Part shown: one piece after another, positions 25,801 through 32,000 of the stretch | How positions within the stretch are numbered: the first letter of the stretch is position 1 | Layout: each line of letters begins with the position of its first letter | Origin: Crocosphaera sp. | GTDB lineage: Bacteria; Cyanobacteriota; Cyanobacteriia; Cyanobacteriales; Microcystaceae | DNA: 32,000 nt | Assembly: GCF_030064895.1 (NCBI RefSeq) | Contig: NZ_JASJEB010000014.1 | Coordinates: 20,945 to 52,944 of the forward strand | Direction of reading: 5' to 3' | Position numbers and translations under genes: made by a program | The notes under the pieces: generated by a model | The model's input: the letters and a program-made list of their open reading frames with translations, nothing else | Told to the model about the DNA's origin: nothing | The model's database searches: none

Positions 25801-26318
25801 CGATCTAAAATTTTTTGTTTATCTTGAGCAGAAAGACTATCTCTTAATTCTGCTTGGGTAAAGATGTTGAGGGTGGCCAAAGCTTGAATATCAAGATAGC
25901 GATCGCTCATAAAGCGAGATACTTGATTACTCAATGCCTCAACATGGGTAATTTCTGATTCTTCAATTTGATGATAAAGAATGTCACTAGAAATTTTATA
26001 GGCTAAAGAACCGACCACAACAACTGGCATAATACCAATGACCGTGGCTGCTAGAATACTTTTGGAACGTAGGGTTAAACGTTGGCACCATTGCATGACA
26101 GGCCAATGGTGCCAAGGGGGTGAGATGGTTGGAAATGGTTCTCTAGGGGGTTCAGGGGAGGGTTCAACCTGGCTTTCAATAGTCAACAGGGAAGACTTGG
26201 GGGTTTCGGTTTTAGAGGTATCTGGGGATTGATTTTCTACTAAAGAAAATGCCTGATCAACAGAACCATTATAGTTATTATTATCTTCAGTATTGTGGTT
26301 AGGAGAAATCTGAGTCAT
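22875..26318 (-). CDS. Methyl-accepting chemotaxis-type photoreceptor (2 TM flanking a dCache-like periplasmic domain, HAMP, GAF, DXCF-type cyanobacteriochrome GAF, MA domain); PixJ1-like
   Basis: - GAF2 has DPCF (Cys codon 24186-24188) and the canonical AGLTECH Cys-His (Cys 24102-24104).
- MA core: [31 protein letters not shown]. Confidence 0.9.
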   Translation of the reverse strand: MTQISPNHNTEDNNNYNGSVDQAFSLVENQSPDTSKTETPKSSLLTIESQVEPSPEPPREPFPTISPPWHHWPVMQWCQRLTLRSKSILAATVIGIMPVVVVGSLAYKISSDILYHQIEESEITHVEALSNQVSRFMSDRYLDIQALATLNIFTQAELRDSLSAQDKQKILDRYTDIYQFYDSIAVFDLQGDVIAQSQGTPLKNHGDRSYFQEVLKTKSAIISQPLISTTEETFNIYFSAPIKDSQTGKIIGVIRSRMPVENLKTVIQKGTDQASHQHKKDIYLVNDNEEVFLAPQGVKVTYINSVWQVDKRSQESELKAVQAPSLFSIYPSLANQKKPGVAMDREQFLALAPLPKIDGFGHLGWNGVIALDNAEVFGPQRKLLSAIFLGTLITAGLAGTAAVLLSEQIISPLRRVTRAVKKIGEGDLTVEIEASGDDEFGILAKNVNTMSQRIYGLVEKQTFFAQQANLLAEIAGTVINDGQELEEILDRTLEQLREVLKVDRVVIYQFNLDGSSFIAHESVASGYPSAKELEISDRCIPREIMEKYRQGRVLATDNVHEAGFHPKHYKLMEKLQIQANLVVPVIKQGDIFGLLIAHHCQEPHQWQEQEINFIQRVAEQLNVTIDRVTLEEQQKLDARLAQELRSITVSIATAINTEEIMEVAVQQMRRILKSDRVLLYTFDEKWLGTIVAEDVAEGYPHALDGKIMDPCFATKFVDKYLDGRIQATPDIYNAGLTECHLKELEPFKVRANLVAPVIRKGKLLGLYITHQCSGPRNWNSPEISLFSQVATHIGFALERADLLEEQKKSEEEQRIAKEQLQRRALELLMEVDPVSQGDLTIRAKVTEDEIGTIADSYNATIENLRKIVNQVQNATGQLSETTEQNDSAIRTLSQEAFEQAQDISATLDKLQVMNASISAVAANAELAEATVQKATETVEQGEEAMNRTVDGIMAIRQTVAETAKKVKRLGESSQKISKVVNLISSFADQTNLLALNASIEAAHAGEEGRGFAVVADEVRSLARQSAEATAEIETLVADIQAETNDVVAAMEAGTEQVVTGTKLVDETRKSLNQITVASIQISELVEAITRSAIEQSQTSQTVTQTMSQVAAISDKTSSEAAQVSNSFRELLAIAQSLQESVRQFKVK

Positions 26319-26756
26319 GGGATTAACTAAAAAATGAATATCAATAAACGGGTAGAATACTGCTAAGCTGAGTTAAGAGTTGGAGTTTTTCCCATGAGAT
26401 AATCAGGGTTTAAGACTCTTGATTTTGACCAGTTGTCTATAAATTTTCTTATATTGAACTAAGGTCGCTAAGCTGCTAAATCACTCCGTAGTGACTGACT
26501 GGGAGACGGAGAGAGAGTTTTACTAATTTGTCAATAGGTTGTTTTCACAAGTCAAAAGTCAAAATTTTTAACTTAAGTAATAAGATTCAAAAAATGATTC
26601 TCTTCTTATTTTTATTCTTCATAAATGAAGAGGCTTTTAGGCTAAGTTTTTAATAAAAGCTTTTTCCTTCGTAAGCCCTAAACGATGTGTAGAATTTATA
26701 AAATAAGTGCTATATACAATAGAAGAGGATGGATATTTAACTTGTCGGTTCAATCA

Positions 26757-27314
26757 TTAAGAGGGTTGGGGCATAGCTGCCAGAATTGCTTCTGGTTCGA
26801 GTACCACCCACATTTCTTGACCTTCTGGTAACCAATAACCTCGCAGAAAAGGGGCTAAACTGGAGCTAATAGCTGAGTCGAAAGAGGATTGAATTTCATT
26901 GGGGTTACACCATTCAATATCATCAACGCCAGTAACCACGGCTCCTAAATGCTGACGCTGAGCTTTAGGCACTCTTTGAGCGGGTGTTCCTGCATGGAGG
27001 ATAATACTACGATAAATAGGGGTTACTTGTGGTTGTTGGTGCCAAGGGGTTAATCCCAGTAACGCCCCTAAATCGATTATCCAGAGAATTTCTCCTCGCC
27101 AGTTATAGACTCCCATAACCCAAGAGGGCATTTCGGGGATGGGAACGATTTGACCCAGGGGAATGGTGATCACTTCGGTGAGTTGGGTGACGGGCAACAG
27201 TAAAGTTGTGTCTGGAACTAAGCGAAATCGCAAAAATTGCTCTAGTTGCTCGGCGTTTTGATGGCTTAGGGTGGTTGTTGAAACGTTGGTTTGAGAAAAT
27301 TGAGGTTGAACCAC
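26757..27314 (-). CDS. CheW-like coupling protein (PixI-like)
   Basis: CheW-domain pattern: FLRFRL...LLLPVTQLTEVI...IPEMPSWVMGVYNWRGEILWIIDL. Confidence 0.85.
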   Translation of the reverse strand: MVQPQFSQTNVSTTTLSHQNAEQLEQFLRFRLVPDTTLLLPVTQLTEVITIPLGQIVPIPEMPSWVMGVYNWRGEILWIIDLGALLGLTPWHQQPQVTPIYRSIILHAGTPAQRVPKAQRQHLGAVVTGVDDIEWCNPNEIQSSFDSAISSSLAPFLRGYWLPEGQEMWVVLEPEAILAAMPQPS

Positions 27315-27335
27315 AATGGCTAACTCCTGATAACT

Positions 27336-27698
27336 TTAGGGGATGAGTTCTTGAATGGTGTTCAAAAATGTATCTTGATCTATGGGTTTGGGAATATAAG
27401 CGTCGGCCCCTTGCCGTTTACCCCAAAATTTGTCCACGTCTGTGTCTTTTGTGGAACACATAATGATGGGAATTTTACTGGTACGTTCTTCGGCTTTGAT
27501 CTCCCGACAAATCTCAAAGCCACTCAGTCCGGGTAAAATCACATCGAGAACTATCAAATCAGGGAGTTCCCCATTCAATTTTTCTAGTCCTTCTTCGCCA
27601 CTGGTGGCGATTTGGGGGATAATTCCTGCTAGTTTTAAATATCCGCTAATGATTGCTCTTTCTGTCACAGAATCGTCGATAACAAGGGCAGTTCCCAT
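27336..27698 (-). CDS. Single-domain CheY-like response regulator (PixH-like)
   Basis: REC motifs: ALVIDDS, DLIVLDVILPGLSGFE, PIIMCSTK, YIPKP. 120 aa. Confidence 0.9.
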   Translation of the reverse strand: MGTALVIDDSVTERAIISGYLKLAGIIPQIATSGEEGLEKLNGELPDLIVLDVILPGLSGFEICREIKAEERTSKIPIIMCSTKDTDVDKFWGKRQGADAYIPKPIDQDTFLNTIQELIP

Positions 27699-27757
27699 GA
27701 TTATTTTTACCTCGTTTAATGATTGATTAATGTGTTTGATCAGAATTCCCTAGTCTT

Positions 27758-27789
27758 AGACTTCCCTTAAACTTAAGGAAAATAACATT
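27758..27789 (-). promoter_or_regulatory. Bipartite conserved motif AGACTTCCCTTAA-N8-AAAATAACATT (plus-strand reading), upstream of the CheY-like gene
   Basis: Matches 29091-29122 at 23 of 24 fixed positions with identical 8-nt spacing. Confidence 0.35.
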
Positions 27790-27843
27790 GTTAACCCATA
27801 AAATTCCGAAAATTGACAATTACAAAAAAATTGGTACGAATGC

Positions 27844-29076
27844 TTAGACAACACTTTCTTGTTTGAGATTTTTGCGAATGGCACTTAAAACTAAGTCGGG
27901 ATTAACTGGTTTACTCATAAAGTCTGTTGAACCCACCATTTTGGCCCGTACTCGATCCACAATCCCGTCATTTCCTGTGAGAATAATAATGGGAGTATGA
28001 CGGAAAAAGGAGAGTTTTCTCAGTTGTCCACAAATTTCGTAACCGTTGGCGTTGGGCATCACCAAATCTAAGAAAATAACGTCTGGTTTACGGGCTAACA
28101 GAATAGCGATCGCTCTAAGAGGATCGTTAATGCCTAAAAATTGGTAGTTAGCCCCCACTAAGATTTTTTCTAGGGTTTGACACATCAAGGGACTATCATC
28201 CACACAGGCGATCAACGGACCGTCGGAAACCTCTGGAGTGGTTGCGGTGGGGTTTGTTGGGGGAAGGGAGACTGGGGGGGATAAGTCTTGGATGGTTATT
28301 AGTTCTATTAATCCCATCTGTATGTATGGCAGGAGAGAACTGGTGAGAGTCACTACATCTCGTTTCATGCGGATGGAGAGATCCCGTAGGGTTTGATTAC
28401 CGTCTAGGAGTTGTTTGAGGGTTTGATAAACTTGGGGAGAGGTGCGTTTTTGTAATTCGTCTGCCTGGCGAATAATAGGGGACGAGTTGGGAGAGCGATC
28501 GGCGACTTTTGCTCCTTGCCAAGCTTGCCACTGTTTTTGAGCCTTGTTAATTAGTTGATCCGCGTCGATCAAAACTAATCGCGTAGAGAGCAAGTTGTCT
28601 TGTCTGAGTTGACAAGTGACTTCCATGCTTTGGGTAATATCAAATAGCACTTCGATAATTACTGAGCGAATCATTCTAGCAGCTTGTTCGCGACTAATTT
28701 TTTGTTGTTCTACCCACAAACACAGCAGTTCATATTCCCAACATAAACGAAAGTCTTGATTCCCTAACCTGGCTAAGTCTACTTGTAAAGAGGACAATTT
28801 ACTGGCAATTTCGGGGAGATAACGGGCAATATGTCTTCTCCACCGTCTCACGGGATGGTTTCCCCCAGTGGCATACATAATTCGTCCTAAATACAAATAA
28901 AAGAACCATGTTTCTTGTTTGCTATTGGTTAAAACCAGTTGACCACTAAATCTAGGTTGTTTGAGGCTATCAAAAAACCCTGCTTGTCTTGATGGTGTAA
29001 ATTCTGATATGGAAGTTGGGGTTTGATGAGGATAGGCAGTTGTCATCATTACATTTTGCATAAGGTGAGTCATCAC
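27844..29076 (-). CDS. PatA-type response regulator (N-terminal PATAN/DUF4388 domain plus C-terminal REC); PixG-like
   Basis: - PATAN-like: FSGQLVL...WFFYLYLGRIMYATGGNHPVRRWRRH
- REC: IACVDDS...DVIFLDLVMPNANGYE...K
- The track start is a GTG at 29076; an ATG follows at 29073. Confidence 0.85.
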   Translation of the reverse strand: MMTHLMQNVMMTTAYPHQTPTSISEFTPSRQAGFFDSLKQPRFSGQLVLTNSKQETWFFYLYLGRIMYATGGNHPVRRWRRHIARYLPEIASKLSSLQVDLARLGNQDFRLCWEYELLCLWVEQQKISREQAARMIRSVIIEVLFDITQSMEVTCQLRQDNLLSTRLVLIDADQLINKAQKQWQAWQGAKVADRSPNSSPIIRQADELQKRTSPQVYQTLKQLLDGNQTLRDLSIRMKRDVVTLTSSLLPYIQMGLIELITIQDLSPPVSLPPTNPTATTPEVSDGPLIACVDDSPLMCQTLEKILVGANYQFLGINDPLRAIAILLARKPDVIFLDLVMPNANGYEICGQLRKLSFFRHTPIIILTGNDGIVDRVRAKMVGSTDFMSKPVNPDLVLSAIRKNLKQESVV

Positions 29077-29090
29077 ACTGTTACAATTCT

Positions 29091-29122
29091 AGAGTTCCCT
29101 TAATTGCCCAAAAAATAACATT
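29091..29122 (-). promoter_or_regulatory. Bipartite conserved motif AGAGTTCCCTTAA-N8-AAAATAACATT (plus-strand reading), upstream of the PatA-type RR gene, the first gene of the operon
   Basis: Second copy of the 27758-27789 motif. It lies 15-18 nt from the start codon. Confidence 0.35.
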
Positions 29123-29166
29123 CCGAAGTGAGTAGGAGTGACGCATTGACAGATGATTGACCCTAA

Positions 29167-29812
29167 TGTCGGGCAGAATACCCCATCCTTCCCTTCTGGG
29201 AGGAAACAGGAAAAGTATTTAAAGCGTTTAAATTCTCAATACCTCATATCCTAAAGGGGAAAAAGATTCATGAGTTTAGGATTATTCCTAAATATAACGG
29301 TCGTTATTTTGTCGCTCAATTTGTCTATGAAATTAAGGAGGAAATAGTAGAAAATCGAGATAAAGATCCATGTTTAAGCTTAGACTTAGGACTGAACAAT
29401 TTAGTAGCAGCGATTGATACAAAAGGGTCGTTATTCCTAGTGGATGGACGAAAACTAAAATCAATAAACCAATGGTACAATAAGCAGCTAAGTAAATTAC
29501 AATCTCTTAAAGACTTACCAAACATTGAACATTGAACATTGAACATCTTTCATTTTGGTTTCAAGCCTCTCCCTTTAGGGAGAAAGAAGTTTGGGAGAGG
29601 TTTCAAGCCTACTTCCAAACTAATGATAAATGATAAATGTTAAATGATAAATGAAATGACCAGAATATAATGCAGATAATCCAGAAACCTATGAATTTTC
29701 AGGAAAGAGAATAAAGAGAGGTTTGTATCGGACTAAGAATGAAAAATTAGTTAACTCAAATATTAATGGTTTTGCTAACATTGGAAGTAAAAGTAAAGCC
29801 AATCTTTTTTAA
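29167..29812 (+). pseudogene. tnpB: Degraded TnpB (IS200/IS605-family OrfB, RNA-guided nuclease family) relic. It is 5'-truncated, lacks its catalytic middle, and is interrupted by a MITE-like repeat.
   Basis: - 29167-29520 translates to ...KIHEFRIIPKYNGRYFVAQFVYE...CLSLDLGLNNLVAAIDTKGSLFLVDGRKLKSINQWYNKQLSKLQS, the typical TnpB N-terminal half.
- 29660-29812 translates to ...KRGLYRTKNEKLVNSNINGFANIGSKS*, a TnpB C-terminal tail.
- The RuvC and Zn-finger region is absent. Confidence 0.7.
29518..29660. mobile_element. MITE-like dispersed repeat, copy B. It is inverted relative to copy A, carries an extra ~44-bp nested-hairpin insert, and sits inside the TnpB relic.
   Basis: Aligns with the reverse complement of 5173-5266. 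The insert contains the inverted repeat cctctccc...gggagagg and a duplicated ggtttcaagcct. Confidence 0.7.
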
Positions 29813-29887
29813 AAGAGAGAGGTATTAGAGGGGCTTTTGGTTGATCTAAAGCTATATTTATTGTGGCTAAAAAAGCTTAAAATTAAA

Positions 29888-30346
29888 TTAATATTTAATC
29901 AACCAAAATGCTTCATTTCTAATATATAAGGGGTTACTATTAGCAGGAGGAGCAATCATTTTGACTTCTTTCATTAAAACATTATGTTCAACTTTCCAGT
30001 TAGTATAATCAGCAGATTCATCTTTTTCTTGTTCGGGACAACTATAAGTTACTTTTTGAATTTTATGATCATCAATTTCAAAAAAACGTCCACATTTTTG
30101 TGGTAAAATCATGATAACTAGCAAACGATTTTCTTGCTTAGGATATAAAGTAATGGTACTCGGTTGTTTAACACCAGTTGCTACTCTCCCCCAAAATTGA
30201 GCCGTTGCTGCATAGCTTTTTTGTCTAGGTTGAGGATTAACAATTGCTATTTCATTTAAAGGTTGAAAATCAGTTTTAACTTTTGATAATTCAGAAGGAT
30301 TCAATAATAGTAATAAACTCATTGATAAACTTAAATTAATATTCAT
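29888..30346 (-). CDS. Hypothetical small secreted protein (N-terminal signal-like hydrophobic segment)
   Basis: 152-aa ORF with a hydrophobic N-terminus (MNINLSLSMSLLLLL). No recognisable family. Confidence 0.45.
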   Translation of the reverse strand: MNINLSLSMSLLLLLNPSELSKVKTDFQPLNEIAIVNPQPRQKSYAATAQFWGRVATGVKQPSTITLYPKQENRLLVIMILPQKCGRFFEIDDHKIQKVTYSCPEQEKDESADYTNWKVEHNVLMKEVKMIAPPANSNPLYIRNEAFWLIKY

Positions 30347-30472
30347 ATTGCTGATGAATTTAGTATCTGTATTGTGTTAAAGTTTAACTAAAATTAGGTG
30401 ATTTTTATTAATCACCGATGAGAGATATTTACGCTCACAAATTTTATAATCTTGTTGATTGTTAAATTAATC

Positions 30473-30925
30473 ATGAAAAAAAACGAAATACTGATTATTG
30501 GTTATGGTAATACCCTAAGAGGAGATGACGGAGTTGGTTATAAAATAGCAGAAATCATTGAACAATGGAACCTTGATAATATAACATCTTTTGCCGTTCA
30601 TCAACTCACCCCAGACTTAGCGAAAAATATTGCTAAAGTGGATACGGTAATTTTTATAGATGCAGTTCCCATTACTGATATCAATACTGCAAAACTTGAA
30701 ACTAAAACCATTTCTATTGAGCAAAAAATTAATAATTTAGCCCACCATAATAACCCCGAACAATTATTATCTTTAACCCAAGCTATATATCAAAAAGTAC
30801 CTCAAGCTTATTGGATCTTAGTTCCTGCTATAAACTTTAATTTTAGTGAAGAATTATCACCAATTAGCCAAAAATATGTTAATCTCACCTTAGAAAAAAT
30901 CAAAGATATTTTATCAACCAAATAA
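30473..30925 (+). CDS. Hydrogenase maturation endopeptidase (HoxW/HupW/HybD family)
   Basis: N-terminus ILIIGYGNTLRGDDGVGYKIAE is the family signature. The ATG at 30473 is preferred over the TTG at 30452 used in the track. Confidence 0.8.
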   Translation: MKKNEILIIGYGNTLRGDDGVGYKIAEIIEQWNLDNITSFAVHQLTPDLAKNIAKVDTVIFIDAVPITDINTAKLETKTISIEQKINNLAHHNNPEQLLSLTQAIYQKVPQAYWILVPAINFNFSEELSPISQKYVNLTLEKIKDILSTK

Positions 30926-30935
30926 TTTATTATTC

Positions 30936-32000
30936 ATGATTATCGAAAGTGCAGAACTTTTTTTATTTGAATTACCTTTCATCAAAAGTTATCAAACTAG
31001 CTACGGTGAAATGAATCAAAAAAGAAGTATTATAGTTAAACTATCTACTTATAATTTATCTGGTTATGGTGAAGCATCAACTTTACCTTTTCCTTTTTAT
31101 TTACCCGAATATACTGACACTTCCTATATTGTCTTAAAAGATTTAATTCTTCCTCAAATTCTTGGTAAAACTATCAATTCTCCTAGTGAATTTCATCAAT
31201 TTTTATCTCATATAAAAGGTTATAATTTTGCAAAAACAGCCGTAGAAACCGCCTTATGGGATCTGTATTCACAACAACTTAAAACACCTTTATGGAAACT
31301 ATTAGGAGGAAAAATTAAAGAGATTCAAATAGGTGGCGCAGTTGGTATTACAAAAGATAAAAATAAACTCTTAGAAGAAATTAGTTTAAGAATCGAACAA
31401 GGTTATAAGAGAATTAAACTCAAAATCAAACCAGATTGGGACATTCAACCCCTAGAAATTATTAGAAATAAGTTTCCCGATATTCCTTTGCTTGCTGATG
31501 CAAACTGCGCTTACACTTTACAAGATATAGACTTATTAAAAACCCTAGATAACTTTAACTTAATGATGATAGAACAGCCTTTAGGTTGGGATGATATTAT
31601 TGATCATGCAGAACTACAAAAACAGATTGAAACCCCTATTTGCCTCGATGAAAGTATTTTATCCTTAGAAGATACTCGCAAAGCTATTAAACTAAATGCT
31701 TGTCAAATTATTAATCTTAAACCTGGAAGAGTTGGGGGACTAACAGAAGCAAAAAAAATACACGATTTATGTCAAAAAAATAATATTGGAGTTTGGTCTG
31801 GGGGAATGTTAGAGTCATCTATAGGAGCATTTTTTACCCTTTCTCTTGCCACTTTAGACAACTTTATTTATCCTGCTGCATTAAATACTAATGACTATAT
31901 TGATGACATTGTTACTCATAAATGTCTGCCAGAAAATGGAACAATAAAAGTTCCTCATTTTTTAAGTGACTTTGAGGTAAATGAAGATAAATTGAGACAT
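30936..32000 (+). CDS. menC: Enolase-superfamily enzyme, o-succinylbenzoate synthase-like (MenC/NSAR subgroup); 3' end lies right of the window
   Basis: Found by manual translation. It is absent from the ORF track because no stop occurs before the window end. 355 codons are open from ATG 30936. Catalytic pattern: KLKIKP (KxK), LADAN, IEQP, LDES, KPGRVGG. Confidence 0.6.
   Translation, partial: MIIESAELFLFELPFIKSYQTSYGEMNQKRSIIVKLSTYNLSGYGEASTLPFPFYLPEYTDTSYIVLKDLILPQILGKTINSPSEFHQFLSHIKGYNFAKTAVETALWDLYSQQLKTPLWKLLGGKIKEIQIGGAVGITKDKNKLLEEISLRIEQGYKRIKLKIKPDWDIQPLEIIRNKFPDIPLLADANCAYTLQDIDLLKTLDNFNLMMIEQPLGWDDIIDHAELQKQIETPICLDESILSLEDTRKAIKLNACQIINLKPGRVGGLTEAKKIHDLCQKNNIGVWSGGMLESSIGAFFTLSLATLDNFIYPAALNTNDYIDDIVTHKCLPENGTIKVPHFLSDFEVNEDKLRH

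Noticed and set aside
15195-26232. Numerous 60-140-aa ORFs inside or antisense to the cheA and MCP genes (for example 15195-15425, 17286-17711, 19592-19801, 24970-25314, 26038-26232)
   Set aside because: All are nested within long ORFs carrying unambiguous CheA or MCP domain signatures. None has independent support.
29325-29546. 73-aa minus-strand ORF (MFNVQCSMFGKSL...)
   Set aside because: It starts inside the MITE (TGTTCAA)n subrepeat and runs antisense to the TnpB fragment. The similar MFNVQCSMFNV peptide at copy A confirms it is a repeat artefact.
5173-29660. The 24-kb block as a composite transposon or genomic island bounded by inverted repeats
   Set aside because: The interior holds core genes (rpsF, rlmN, cp12) and HIP1-rich DNA. 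The only transposase-related gene is a degraded TnpB. The repeats are better explained as independent MITE insertions, although inversion between them remains possible.
30452-30472. TTG start for the hydrogenase maturation protease, as given in the ORF track
   Set aside because: The family normally begins a few residues before the (I/V)GxGN motif. The ATG at 30473 gives MKKNEILIIGYGN, so the upstream extension is probably not translated.

Overview
Cyanobacterial chromosomal segment. Support: 12 perfect HIP1 octamers (GCGATCGC), plus cp12, a Tic20-like gene and Pix/Tax-type taxis genes.

Gene order, left to right:
- 3' part of an OprB/SomA-type porin, an orphan feoA preceded by a Fur-box-like palindrome, and an unannotated 55-codon ORF.
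- A GAF-type sensor histidine kinase, larE and a YegS/DAGK-type lipid kinase.
- cp12 (minus strand).
- A 22-unit nonamer G-tract array.
- An AT-rich, HIP1-free pair: a membrane-anchored NACHT/STAND NTPase with HEAT repeats, overlapping a HEAT plus ~10-11 TM protein.
- A hypothetical gene, rlmN, rpsF, a FAH-family hydrolase and a Tic20-like gene.
- A ~14.6 kb minus-strand Pix/Tax-like chemosensory operon: PatA-type RR, CheY, CheW, MCP with a DXCF-type bilin GAF, Tll0287-like c-heme protein, second MCP with a variant GAF, hybrid CheA-REC, second CheW.
- A degraded TnpB relic split by a MITE-like repeat, whose second, inverted copy lies next to cp12.
- A small secreted hypothetical protein, a hydrogenase maturation protease, and the 5' part of an enolase-superfamily (MenC-like) gene running off the window.

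No tRNA, rRNA or CRISPR array was seen.

Best candidates for undescribed biology:
1. The NACHT-HEAT / HEAT-polytopic membrane gene pair.
2. The periplasmic heme protein embedded between two Cache+CBCR photoreceptor MCPs.
3. The G-tract tandem arrays at two regulatory spacers.
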